A DNA stretch of 64,000 nucleotides from a virus (IMGVR_UViG_3300024264_000019:14209-78208), one strand, 5' to 3'. Positions 54,401-63,649 are shown, counted from the first letter of the stretch. A program made the numbers and translations. Notes: generated from the sequence alone by a model not told the origin.

Positions 54401-54604
54401 CTATCTTAGCGTGACTGTCAACTCATTTTGCATTTTTTTCTCTTTAACTAAATCCTCAAGAGCGAAAGTAATTGAGTGAAGGTTTTCGTTAATGTTCTTC
54501 ATTACCTTGACGAGATCCTCCATGTTTGCGTGTCTGCGGTGTTCTAGTATCTCATCGCTGAGTCCGTCAATGGCGGTTTTAATTGCATATAATTCTTCTT
54601 TCAT
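54401..54604 (-). CDS. Coiled-coil hypothetical protein
   Basis: ORF track; coupled to the upstream stop. Confidence 0.6.
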   Translation of the reverse strand: MKEELYAIKTAIDGLSDEILEHRRHANMEDLVKVMKNINENLHSITFALEDLVKEKKMQNELTVTLR

Positions 54605-54802
54605 TTAACTATACTTTACTCCTTCTAATTCTGATTCCAACCATAATATGGCTTTTTCTCTTATGTCGCTGTGCGAAACTTCTGTGAATACATTGTCATT
54701 GACTCGAAGATAAAGATCGTTTCCGTTCTTTTTCTCTGTCTCTAGGTCGTTTTCTTTATACCACTTTTGGGCATAATCTATCATTCTTTGTTCGTGGCTC
54801 AT
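54605..54802 (-). CDS. Hypothetical protein
   Basis: SD GAGG. Confidence 0.65.
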   Translation of the reverse strand: MSHEQRMIDYAQKWYKENDLETEKKNGNDLYLRVNDNVFTEVSHSDIREKAILWLESELEGVKYS

Positions 54803-54904
54803 TTTAATCCTCGCTGTTTATGTAAGCATTGTATAGTTTTAATAAATCTGCATCAGATCCATGTTCAATGATGCTCATTAGGTAGTCAACAATTTCTTCT
54901 TTGT

Positions 54905-55306
54905 TCATGGTATATAGGCGGTTACTTGGTTGTGTGATAATAAAACTTCATCTGCATAGTATACAAACTTCTCGGTGTTCTTGTCAACAAAAGTTTCATA
55001 CTTGTATGGATTATATGTTACCTCAGTTGCGGGTCTGTCGGTGTTGACATTCTCGGCATCCTGAAGATAACCCTTGACAAAAGCATGAACATTCTTCTTC
55101 TTGTCACGAAGAACTTTTTCTCTGAGCTTGATATTAACATGAAAGTAGCAATCCCACAAACCAATAGAATGATCCTTTGGAATGTGAGCCTTAACTAATC
55201 CGTGTTGCCTGACTGACCAGCAGTCCTTGTGAAGATTCTTGTATACATAGACAGGTCGATTAGACTTTATAATGTATCTTGGGTCTTGTTGGTTTCTCTT
55301 AATCAT
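54905..55306 (-). CDS. Conserved-looking phage protein (YKNLH...KNVHAFV...YNPYK family)
   Basis: TTGTGT-17-TAGTAT-6-ATG; motif familiar from phage hypothetical proteins. Confidence 0.75.
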   Translation of the reverse strand: MIKRNQQDPRYIIKSNRPVYVYKNLHKDCWSVRQHGLVKAHIPKDHSIGLWDCYFHVNIKLREKVLRDKKKNVHAFVKGYLQDAENVNTDRPATEVTYNPYKYETFVDKNTEKFVYYADEVLLSHNQVTAYIP

Positions 55307-55368
55307 ATATACATACTAAGACACTTTCTTAATTAACACAAGAAAAAAGTTAAATAATTTTAATTTTT

Positions 55369-55440
55369 TAAGTCATTGATGATTAACGACTTAAGTGTAG
55401 CGGCAGCCGACCCCGCAAGTGTTTGTTAATCAGTGACTTA
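55369..55440. repeat. Dyad element R10
   Basis: TAAGTCATTGATGATTAACGACTTA-8-GGCAGCC-7-CAAGTGTTTGTTAATCAGTGACTTA. Confidence 0.95.
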
Positions 55441-55479
55441 CGGCGGTAAGAGGATTGTGCAATAATTGAATTGTGCAAC

Positions 55480-55509
55480 AAAAAAACCCCACCTATTACG
55501 GGTGAGGCT
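55480..55509 (-). terminator. Probable intrinsic terminator
   Basis: ccccacc-tattacg-ggtgagg hairpin with a T-tract on the minus strand. Confidence 0.6.
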
Positions 55510-55657
55510 TAGATAATTACATTTTAAATTTATATTATTTATTTCATGTTATATTTATTTTATATTTATTCTCCTTCTATAAACATCTTTATTCCTAATG
55601 TAATAGCTAATATTATTATTAGTATTGGATCCATATATTATTTATACTTGTTTATTC

Positions 55658-55912
55658 TTACTCTGCAATTGCAAAAACCTCCTTAAGTTTTTTTACGGTC
55701 TCTGAACGAAGGAAGACACTGCGTACGTAATCAATGTCTCTATCCTCTACATGTTTAATGCGGTCAGCACAAAGGTGAGCGGCTATTGATTCTCTTGGCA
55801 AGCCTCCCCATTGGATCACCACTTGAGTATGCGGGAAGTGCTCTACGAGCTCTTTAATTTGATTTGAGTCTATGTACCCAAATTGCGATAGTATGTCTTT
55901 TATTGTTTTCAT
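55658..55912 (-). CDS. Early hypothetical protein
   Basis: TTGACT-17-TATGAT-6-ATG. Confidence 0.75.
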   Translation of the reverse strand: MKTIKDILSQFGYIDSNQIKELVEHFPHTQVVIQWGGLPRESIAAHLCADRIKHVEDRDIDYVRSVFLRSETVKKLKEVFAIAE

Positions 55913-56015
55913 GATGTTATCATAAGTTGTTTTTTGGGAGAAGTCAATAAAAAACCCCCTTACAAGGTAAGCGATTAATCGCAGTCTTGCAAGAGGGTTA
56001 GGGATGGGGAGAAAA

Positions 56016-56285
56016 TGGTGTGGGGAGGGATTACTGTATACCCTCGACTTTTCGGGATGAACATCAGTTCATGGTGTACCTACTTCGCACCACAAATTAG
56101 ACATGGTATTTGTCATCGGCTCATTCGATTGAACTCTACCGCCCCACCACAGGGAATTTGCGTACTTTAGCCCGCTCATCACAGGCTTACTCAGTCACCC
56201 ACAGGAAGGATTATAAGCCCTTCCAAATTGGAATGACCCCCACGAGTTCCACGATCAACAACAATCCACTCCACTCGCAGGGGTC
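56016..56285 (-). ncRNA. Candidate structured non-coding RNA with a tRNA-like CCA 3' end (family unknown)
   Basis: GC-rich island with at least 6 hairpins whose G-U pairs form only on the minus strand; ends GAGGG-N11-CCCUC-CCCACA-CCA; upstream sigma70 promoter has no ATG at +1. Confidence 0.6.
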
Positions 56286-56405
56286 AAAAATTAACTATTA
56301 AAGAACAAAAATTTTGGATTATTTTATTTATTTGAGTTTGATCCTTCTCAATTTTGATTATGTATATATAATACTACTTTATTTATTATATGTCAACTTT
56401 ATTTT

Positions 56406-56780
56406 TCAATTATCTAAAAAAGTTTTATATCTATATCTTACTTGATTACCTTTATATTCCCATACAAGATTAAACTTATCGGCAATTTCTTTTATTACAT
56501 CAATAAATTTTTTACTATTAGTTGTCCACCTCACTACCTTTGGTGAAGTTGAAGGTTTCTTATTAAGAGGAGCAACGAGGACTAATCCTGTCCCACCATT
56601 ATTTCCGTCCCATTGTTTTGATAAAATGGTCATTTGCTTGCAAGCCCAATTCACATCGGTTGCTTGGAAGAAGACTTGATATTTCATGTCTAAATTTATT
56701 GCTTTTATTTCTGCTATTTGCTTGAACGGATTAGCTAATAAAGAAATAGAAGAAAATAATAGTATAATTAAAAATTTCAT
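56406..56780 (-). CDS. Secreted hypothetical protein (signal peptide)
   Basis: MKFLIILLFSSISLLA-NP. Confidence 0.65.
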   Translation of the reverse strand: MKFLIILLFSSISLLANPFKQIAEIKAINLDMKYQVFFQATDVNWACKQMTILSKQWDGNNGGTGLVLVAPLNKKPSTSPKVVRWTTNSKKFIDVIKEIADKFNLVWEYKGNQVRYRYKTFLDN

Positions 56781-57035
56781 TATTTATTTAGCGTCACAGA
56801 GGAAGCAAGGTCCGTGCCCAGGCTTTGGGCAACTATGTGAGTATTCATCCACCTCAACTAAGCAATGTTTACAACTACTGATGAATAAAAATAAGCTAAT
56901 TAATATGTATTTAATCATGTTAGAATATAATTTTAAGGGTTAATGAAAATATGTCCCAATAACTTAAAGAATTAAAAAGAACAATTAAAGAAGTAGGAAA
57001 TATAATACAAGATATAATTAAAAATTTCATAATAA

Positions 57036-57275
57036 TTATTTATTTAATTGGCGAAGTTCTTTTAATAAGTCTTTTATTTTATTATAACTATCTTTGGGCG
57101 GAAACATATCATTTGTTTGTGGATATAGTATTGATCCGTATAAATCTTCTAGAAACTCTTCTGCTTTAACTAATTTAATTAAAGAAATTTCTTTTGGAGT
57201 TAATTGGTCGTATAACTCTTCGTTGGTTGCAAACATACTAACCTTGTCGTTAATTGGTTTAATTGAGGTACTCAT
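57036..57275 (-). CDS. Hypothetical protein
   Basis: Coupled to the upstream ORF. Confidence 0.6.
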   Translation of the reverse strand: MSTSIKPINDKVSMFATNEELYDQLTPKEISLIKLVKAEEFLEDLYGSILYPQTNDMFPPKDSYNKIKDLLKELRQLNK

Positions 57276-57472
57276 TACGCACCCACTTTCTTTAATCTTA
57301 ATAGTCTTTGAGCTTTAATCTCCATCAACCTACGATCTGCTTCTCGTTGTTGGGCTACAATACCCTCAGTAGCTTCGCTATACCCCTTAAACCTGTGGCT
57401 AAAGGCAAAAGGGTTGTTACCCCTTACTTTATTCATTACTTCTGTTGCTCGTGCGTCTCTCGCTATACTCAT
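57275..57472 (-). CDS. Basic hypothetical protein
   Basis: SD AAGGAG. Confidence 0.65.
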   Translation of the reverse strand: MSIARDARATEVMNKVRGNNPFAFSHRFKGYSEATEGIVAQQREADRRLMEIKAQRLLRLKKVGA

Positions 57473-57532
57473 AATTATTTTTCTCCTTGTTTTAGTGTTA
57501 TGATTGTAGACTAGCAGTTAACATTCTTGATG

Positions 57533-57727
57533 TCAAACCTTTTTTAATAAAATAGTTCTTTGCGTATTAATTTTCATAATTTCTATGTCGAATTGTTTTT
57601 GCGCTCTAGCGATTCGCGATGCTTTTCTTATTGCTAATGCCTCTCCTCGAAATTCGTCAACGAGTTTGCCGAAATTTAAAACTTGAAAAAATTCTTTAAA
57701 ATTACAATTTTGTTTTATTTGTATCAT
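57533..57727 (-). CDS. Hypothetical protein, probable paralog of 44491..44664
   Basis: Shared pattern MI.I..N.NF.E......F.KL.D.....A.A. Confidence 0.65.
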   Translation of the reverse strand: MIQIKQNCNFKEFFQVLNFGKLVDEFRGEALAIRKASRIARAQKQFDIEIMKINTQRTILLKKV

Positions 57728-57729
57728 AT

Positions 57730-58068
57730 TTAATTTAATTCTATATTATTTGGCTGATTATTATTTAGATTATTATTTATCTCCATATCAGCACATATCT
57801 TATCTTGTATTAAATCATTAATGTAAAATTCATTGTTAAAAATATTTTTTATATTTAATCCGTTATTTGTTATTTGATTTAATTCGCTTTTTACTTCATT
57901 TATTAAACCCTCTATAATCTCAAAGGCTTCTTCTTTATTTGTCTTCTCTCCTGTTTCTATATTATTAAGGACTTGATCATCGTCCAAATCGTGATCCATG
58001 CGTTGCATTTCACTACGGATAAAAAGTATTTGATCTAATTTTTCGTTTACTTGCTTTGCTATATTCAT
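57730..58068 (-). CDS. Hypothetical protein
   Basis: SD AAGGA. Confidence 0.6.
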   Translation of the reverse strand: MNIAKQVNEKLDQILFIRSEMQRMDHDLDDDQVLNNIETGEKTNKEEAFEIIEGLINEVKSELNQITNNGLNIKNIFNNEFYINDLIQDKICADMEINNNLNNNQPNNIELN

Positions 58069-58195
58069 GTATGTATTTATTCCTTTTGTTGTTTCAATAT
58101 AATCTAAATAATTTTTTACACAATGTCAAGTATTATTTTATGTGTGTTTTATTTTACTAAAATTTTTGTTCAATTATTTGGGTGTATATATCAGT

Positions 58196-58396
58196 ATGAA
58201 TATGGAGATATATGATTATATTGTAAAAGACTTATTAAGCTCTAATGCTTTTTATTGGGTGAACGGAACTCCCGCAAAAAGATTAATGAGAATAAAGGAA
58301 TATGCTTGGCACAAATACCACAACATGGATGATGCTGATTTTGAAAGATTATATAAAAAAATAGAAATTAACAAAAAAAAAGATAATTATAAATAA
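58196..58396 (+). CDS. Hypothetical protein behind a GTGTA motif
   Basis: Start moved to 58196: GTGTA-N9-ATG. Confidence 0.55.
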   Translation: MNMEIYDYIVKDLLSSNAFYWVNGTPAKRLMRIKEYAWHKYHNMDDADFERLYKKIEINKKKDNYK

Positions 58397-58487
58397 TATG
58401 AATTTTCTAGAATTATGGGATGCGTTTTTATTAACGATTTTATTTGTTTCAATTATAATTATATTTTGTAATAAATGATTATTTAAA

Positions 58488-58703
58488 TTAATCTTCTTTT
58501 GGTTTAAATATTGGAAAGAGGCATATCAAATTACTTTCTATTTTTTTTCCTTCAGTTATTTCGCCCATTATAGCTACTGCCCTAGCTCCACTCTCAACAT
58601 CAATCCAATACATTTCTTTAATCATTTGGCTTGACATTATATGACCGAAGCTCTCACTCATGTGGTTTTTTACGAAAATCACACTTTGGTCTTCGATGCT
58701 CAT
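58488..58703 (-). CDS. Hypothetical protein
   Basis: ORF track. Confidence 0.5.
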   Translation of the reverse strand: MSIEDQSVIFVKNHMSESFGHIMSSQMIKEMYWIDVESGARAVAIMGEITEGKKIESNLICLFPIFKPKED

Positions 58704-59441
58704 TTTATTTACAATAATTTATTATTTAATTAATTTATTTATTTAATTGTAAAATTTTTTAGTTTTGTTTATTTTTCTTTATTTTCAAGTGAAAAAAATC
58801 CATACTTATTTCGACTATATTTAAAATGTTTTTCTTTTGAATTATTTTGTTTTACTTTTTCTTTTTTATTTAATAAATAATTTTTTATAATTGTTAATGT
58901 TTTAATCATCATCTTATTTTTATATAATTAATTCGCGTACTCTTCATATATTATATTTATTACATTTTAAATTTCAATATATTTATTATTTCTTGTGTTA
59001 TTTATTATATTATATCTTATATTCTCTCTCTATATATATTGTATCATGTTATATATACTAATGAATATTGATAGTAGAAGCAAGCATAAAGTAAAAACTA
59101 TTTGAAATTATTGTTTTTCTGTGTGAATTGATAATTACAAGGTTTATTTGAAAAAGAAAGATTGATCACGCTTTTATGTGATTACGGATCGGGTGATGAA
59201 TTTTGACCAAGGAAAAGAGAACCTCGTCACAATACCACTATTGAGAGAAAATAATTATTTATTAGAAGAATTTTTGTCTTGAATATACTTTACCATATCT
59301 TGATACTCTTCTTCTGAAATGTCATCATCTCCTATTAATTCATTTAATTCGTCAATGTTTGTAATATCTTTTAATGTTTTGATTTTAGTTTTACTCATAT
59401 ATATATATTATATAATATAAGTAATGAAATTCTAAAAATCT

Positions 59442-60707
59442 TTAAATCGAAACAATTTGTTGACCAAGAGGTAATTCAGTTTCAGTATGCAAAAGAATAT
59501 AACCTAAACTTTTTACAATGCGTTTCACCCCTTCGTAACCGACATGATTAGACTTGCAAATCCTTAAATCAGCAATTTGCTTAATTGTAGGACTAACGAA
59601 ACTTTCGCCCGAATTTTTTATAATAGATTTGCTTTCAAGGTATTTTCTAACACTTTCCGCGACAGGATCAACCTCTAATGTTTCTTCGCCAACTTTTTCC
59701 CAATTATCAACATTAGTTCTGACTTTTTGTTGTATACCATGTTTTGCATATAAGTGAGGATTATTAGCTAATAAATCTTTTGGATTAGCTTCGTAATGAG
59801 ACTCGATCCTATCAGTATAATCTTCATCTTCGTAATTATCCTCTTCATCTACATAATCGTAGTCATCTTCATCTTCATCTTCAACATCGACATAATCATC
59901 AGAGTTTGATCCGTAAATAGGCTTATTAGCCTCGTAGACAGGTGTATCTAACTCTTTTCGAGTGTCAGTAATATCAGAGATCACCTTGTACTTGGAAACC
60001 CTTAATTTCTGAAAATCGCAATCGGTTGGAACACTTACCGCATCTTGAGGATCAAACTCCACAAGGAGCAAGCGTCCACTTTCTCCTGCCCAACCATCAG
60101 CATAGTCATAAGAACCCACATGAAGACCAAAAGAACAATGATTATCCTTGTTGTCATCAACGCATCTTCTAGCAACTTCGATTGTCGATCCAACCTTGTT
60201 GAGAATTTGATGTCGATCATTGGTTTCGCCTTGAACCACAATAGTGTCAGCATTACCTGTTGAACTCCAAAAGTCACCTTGAACACCCTTGTAACCTAAA
60301 ACCATACCTTCGGGAGTGGTTGCAAGAGACTTGTAACTCAAGAAGGAATACAATTCATTGACTGAATTGGCGCTTGGATTAGCTTGCAAGCGAGTAATGA
60401 AATTGGTAAGAGGAGCAGAATCCTTCATTCCTGCACGAAGCATTTCGAGCAATTTATCAACGACAACTCCATGAAGACGATGGTTTTTATAATAAACCAC
60501 TTCGTCACGAACCTCAATATCGCCTTCAACGAAGTTCTCAACGGCTTTAGCGATATCTAATAAATCCCCAAGATCATCATACCTAGCATCAAGAATTGCT
60601 TGCTTGGCAAGTTGGAAATTAGCGTGATCCTTGCGTAAAGTGTAAGGCTTGCCCTCCCAAAAGATTGTGACTGAATTTTCTGTTAATTGATATGGTACTT
60701 CTCTCAT
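59442..60707 (-). CDS. rIIB: rIIB-like protein
   Basis: NPS..SVNELYSFL, CSFGLHVGSYDYA, PQDAVSVPTD...KLRVSKY; follows the rIIA-like gene. Confidence 0.85.
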   Translation of the reverse strand: MREVPYQLTENSVTIFWEGKPYTLRKDHANFQLAKQAILDARYDDLGDLLDIAKAVENFVEGDIEVRDEVVYYKNHRLHGVVVDKLLEMLRAGMKDSAPLTNFITRLQANPSANSVNELYSFLSYKSLATTPEGMVLGYKGVQGDFWSSTGNADTIVVQGETNDRHQILNKVGSTIEVARRCVDDNKDNHCSFGLHVGSYDYADGWAGESGRLLLVEFDPQDAVSVPTDCDFQKLRVSKYKVISDITDTRKELDTPVYEANKPIYGSNSDDYVDVEDEDEDDYDYVDEEDNYEDEDYTDRIESHYEANPKDLLANNPHLYAKHGIQQKVRTNVDNWEKVGEETLEVDPVAESVRKYLESKSIIKNSGESFVSPTIKQIADLRICKSNHVGYEGVKRIVKSLGYILLHTETELPLGQQIVSI

Positions 60708-60804
60708 AATTTTTTTCTCCTATTTTGTTTAATATATATTATAGTAATAGTTTATCGTTGTAATGTCAAGGTTTTTTTTAAAAAAGATAGGGGAAGGGGC
60801 ATTT

Positions 60805-63093
60805 TTATGCCCCAACCCCATCACACAAGGAAATATAATCTAAGATCATTTGATTAGTAACCTTTGAATCTTTTGATTCAAGAGATACCCAATATTGAGA
60901 ACAATTTTCCGCAATAACTCTCATCAAAGGATAAGTAGAAATAACTGATTTCAAATTTTTATCGAATTGATCCGCTTTAATTTCATTAAAATTTTGCTTC
61001 AACCAATTTTCATCGTAATTACGAATATGATTTATTGCGTTTGCAACGCTTGCGTTTAATTCTTTACTATATGACTCCCAATCATTCTGCGCTAAAACCA
61101 TAGCGTGATCATCAGGCAACGAACTAAGATCAAGAGTTTTATTGGAAAATAATTTACCAAGATCATACTCGTATTCGTGAAAATTAAGATCGGAGTTTCT
61201 TAACTCTTGCTTTTTATAAGCTAATTTTGATTCTTTAAGGTTTTTCTTCGCCATTTTCTTACAAATATCAAGATAGAAGTCGAAGAATGAAACCCAAACA
61301 TCATTATCTAATTTTTTAACATCACCCTTGCGAACGCCAAATAAAGTGAAAGTTTTTTGATCTGTATTATCTTCAGCAAGTCTCCTAACTGCTTGGGACA
61401 TTTTGTAAACTCTATCAAGATCAAAGTCGTTACCTTCAATAGTGTACCTTGTAATTGGAACATAAATAATCTTTCCATTAATAGAACCTTCCACATCGTC
61501 CAACTCAAGAGAGTTAATCGGATCACTTACATTTTGCCAATAATCTGCATTTCTGTAAGCGTGACCTTTATCACTTTTCATTTTAAATAATGGAATAGAA
61601 GCGCGACTTTTATCCCCCGAAACTTTATTGCGAATAATTTTTTCTTTTTCTACTTGAGATGTATATCTTTTATGCTTTGCATCAACAAGATCAAATTGCC
61701 AATTATCGTAAACTTCTGATTTGGCACATTCAGAATTCATAAAATTAAGAATGCAAACGCTTTCTAAATTTGGATGGTCATTCATTAATGTACGAACTCT
61801 AAGATTGTTACCATGAGAAGACGCTAAATCTTGAATTAAAACAAGACAATTTTCTTGGCAATAAATGCGATTTGTTTTTTGAGTTTTTAACTTGAAACCA
61901 TTGCGAGAGTCTTTATCTTCAATTCTTTCATAATTAGTAAGAATAAGATCATCTTGCAATTGATAATCTCTTTGAAAAGTTGAGTCTAGAATTTTTATTC
62001 CATTCCACTCAAAAGCATTTTCAAAAATACTTCTAATTTGATATGGGAGAGCATTTACAACTTTAGCGTAATTTTTCTTGGCATCCCACAAATCTTCAGA
62101 ATCAGCAAGTTTTTCTTTAGCTATAACTTGAATATCTTTACTAACCTCAAAAAGAACTCGACAAATTTCTTTTTGCGTTTGCTTGTTATACTCTAATGAT
62201 TCACGACTATGGTGCAAACGAACAGAACCAAGAGGAACACGAACATAAAAATTACTTTGATCTAAAAGTTGTTCAATTATTCTGCGAGTCTTTTCGTCAG
62301 AAATGTGGTTTTCAACACTAATTGAGTGAGGGTCAAGATTATAAGCAACTCTACCCATGAGAATTTTTGAACGATAACTCGCTCTATTGTAACTCCTATT
62401 ACTTTCGTCAAGAAAAAACCAATCGTCAGTTTTACTCTCAAGTAATTTTTTAGGAGTAGGAATGAAATCATCCTCAACACCAATAAATTTAGGCATATCT
62501 CGATCAGAGAAAAACATAAAGAAAGTCTGACAAATTTCTTTAAACATATTAATATCACTATCTGCAACGGCAACTTCAATAGAAAGACCTGTTGGTTCAC
62601 TACTTAGTTCGGGATCACCTATCCTTGAAATCTTTGTGTCATCATCTTCATTAACAAAAACATTATAAGTTGTCTTTGTTCCACCATGATAAGATACGCA
62701 AGTAAAATTATCACCATAAGAAAGGGGGGCGAATTTACCAATACCAAAAGCGCCAATGTAATTGTTAGAATCTCTTTTGGTTGATTTTCCGTACTTTGAG
62801 TAAAGACCAAAAACATCTTCTTCACTTAACCCACCCCCAAAATCACGAACCGCAAAAGTCGGATTCATCGAACTTGGTATTTTCACTTCAATCTTTTCGC
62901 TAGAACCTGCTTCAGCATTTGCATCCAAGGCATTCGCACTAATTTCTCGTACAACTGCAAGTCTTGTGTTTGAATAATTATTACGAAGAAGGGATGCTAC
63001 ATAACGCATATCCTCCGCATCAATCGTACAATTAACTTCTTGAAAATTATGAGAACTAATTACTTCTTTAGATTTTTCTTGTGTGATTATCAT
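60805..63093 (-). CDS. rIIA: rIIA-like protein (N-terminal GHKL/Hsp90-type ATPase)
   Basis: YSN...AVVREISANALDA, VRDFGGGLS, YGKSTKRDSNNYIGAFGIG. Confidence 0.88.
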   Translation of the reverse strand: MIITQEKSKEVISSHNFQEVNCTIDAEDMRYVASLLRNNYSNTRLAVVREISANALDANAEAGSSEKIEVKIPSSMNPTFAVRDFGGGLSEEDVFGLYSKYGKSTKRDSNNYIGAFGIGKFAPLSYGDNFTCVSYHGGTKTTYNVFVNEDDDTKISRIGDPELSSEPTGLSIEVAVADSDINMFKEICQTFFMFFSDRDMPKFIGVEDDFIPTPKKLLESKTDDWFFLDESNRSYNRASYRSKILMGRVAYNLDPHSISVENHISDEKTRRIIEQLLDQSNFYVRVPLGSVRLHHSRESLEYNKQTQKEICRVLFEVSKDIQVIAKEKLADSEDLWDAKKNYAKVVNALPYQIRSIFENAFEWNGIKILDSTFQRDYQLQDDLILTNYERIEDKDSRNGFKLKTQKTNRIYCQENCLVLIQDLASSHGNNLRVRTLMNDHPNLESVCILNFMNSECAKSEVYDNWQFDLVDAKHKRYTSQVEKEKIIRNKVSGDKSRASIPLFKMKSDKGHAYRNADYWQNVSDPINSLELDDVEGSINGKIIYVPITRYTIEGNDFDLDRVYKMSQAVRRLAEDNTDQKTFTLFGVRKGDVKKLDNDVWVSFFDFYLDICKKMAKKNLKESKLAYKKQELRNSDLNFHEYEYDLGKLFSNKTLDLSSLPDDHAMVLAQNDWESYSKELNASVANAINHIRNYDENWLKQNFNEIKADQFDKNLKSVISTYPLMRVIAENCSQYWVSLESKDSKVTNQMILDYISLCDGVGA

Positions 63094-63433
63094 TTTTGTT
63101 TTCCTTGTTGTGTGTGTGTGAAATTTAAATTATGATGTTATACTAAAATACCCATGATGATATGTCAATACTTTTTTTTCTTTTTTATTCAGAAAGTTCA
63201 TTTGCTACCCTAAGTAACTGATTTAAACAACCAACTTCGAGAATATAAAACTGCTCTTCTTCTTGCGTTGTGATTGGATAATTTTTAATGTTTTCAATTT
63301 TTTCTTCAATTAATTGTATTACTTCTTTCATTTTTTGGAATGTTTTTTAATTTAATAATTTATTTAATAAAGTAATTTGAGTATTAAAATTTATTTTAAT
63401 CGAAAATTAGTTTAATCTTCTAAATATTTTTAT

Positions 63434-63649
63434 TTAATTATAATGTTTTTCGTGTTCTTCTATACCATTTAAAATATCTTCTAAGTAATCAGTCATTGTT
63501 TCACGATCATAAAGCCTTTTACCATCACCTGTCAAGTTAAAAAGAACAGGTAGCTCAATTTTGTCGTGATAATCGTATCCACTAACTTTATGACATTGTA
63601 TTTGACGAACAGGAGTATGACTCCATTCCACTTTATCTCTAGTATTCAT
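63434..63649 (-). CDS. Hypothetical protein
   Basis: SD GGAG. Confidence 0.6.
   Translation of the reverse strand: MNTRDKVEWSHTPVRQIQCHKVSGYDYHDKIELPVLFNLTGDGKRLYDRETMTDYLEDILNGIEEHEKHYN

Larger units (their letters stand above)
44203..55947. promoter_or_regulatory. Series of about 22 sigma70-type promoters placing +1 on the ATG (leaderless)
   Basis: TTGNNN-(16-18)-TANNNT-(5-7)-ATG, a few with degenerate hexamers, before ATGs at 44238, 44491, 45211, 45609, 46444, 46643, 47519, 47714 (+) and 48405, 48792, 49054, 50139, 50704, 50949, 52025, 52412, 53185, 53873, 54181, 54386, 55306, 55912 (-). Confidence 0.85.

Noticed and set aside
45024-55440. Dyad repeats as a CRISPR array
   Set aside because: Repeats are 71-72 bp and degenerate, separated by 0.6-1.4 kb of genes; no cas genes are present.
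45024-55440. Dyad repeats as classical integron attC sites
   Set aside because: No RYYYAAC/GTTRRRY ends, cassettes carry their own promoters, central arms do not pair consistently across copies, and no IntI gene is in the window.
51012-55509. Dyad repeats as intrinsic terminators
   Set aside because: They lack U-tracts, and R7 and R10 are each preceded by a separate canonical terminator (51103-51130 and 55480-55509).
56016-56285. Canonical tRNA or tmRNA
   Set aside because: No GGTTCRA T-loop, no cloverleaf of tRNA size, and no tmRNA 5' GGGG...TTCGAC motif or recognisable tag ORF.
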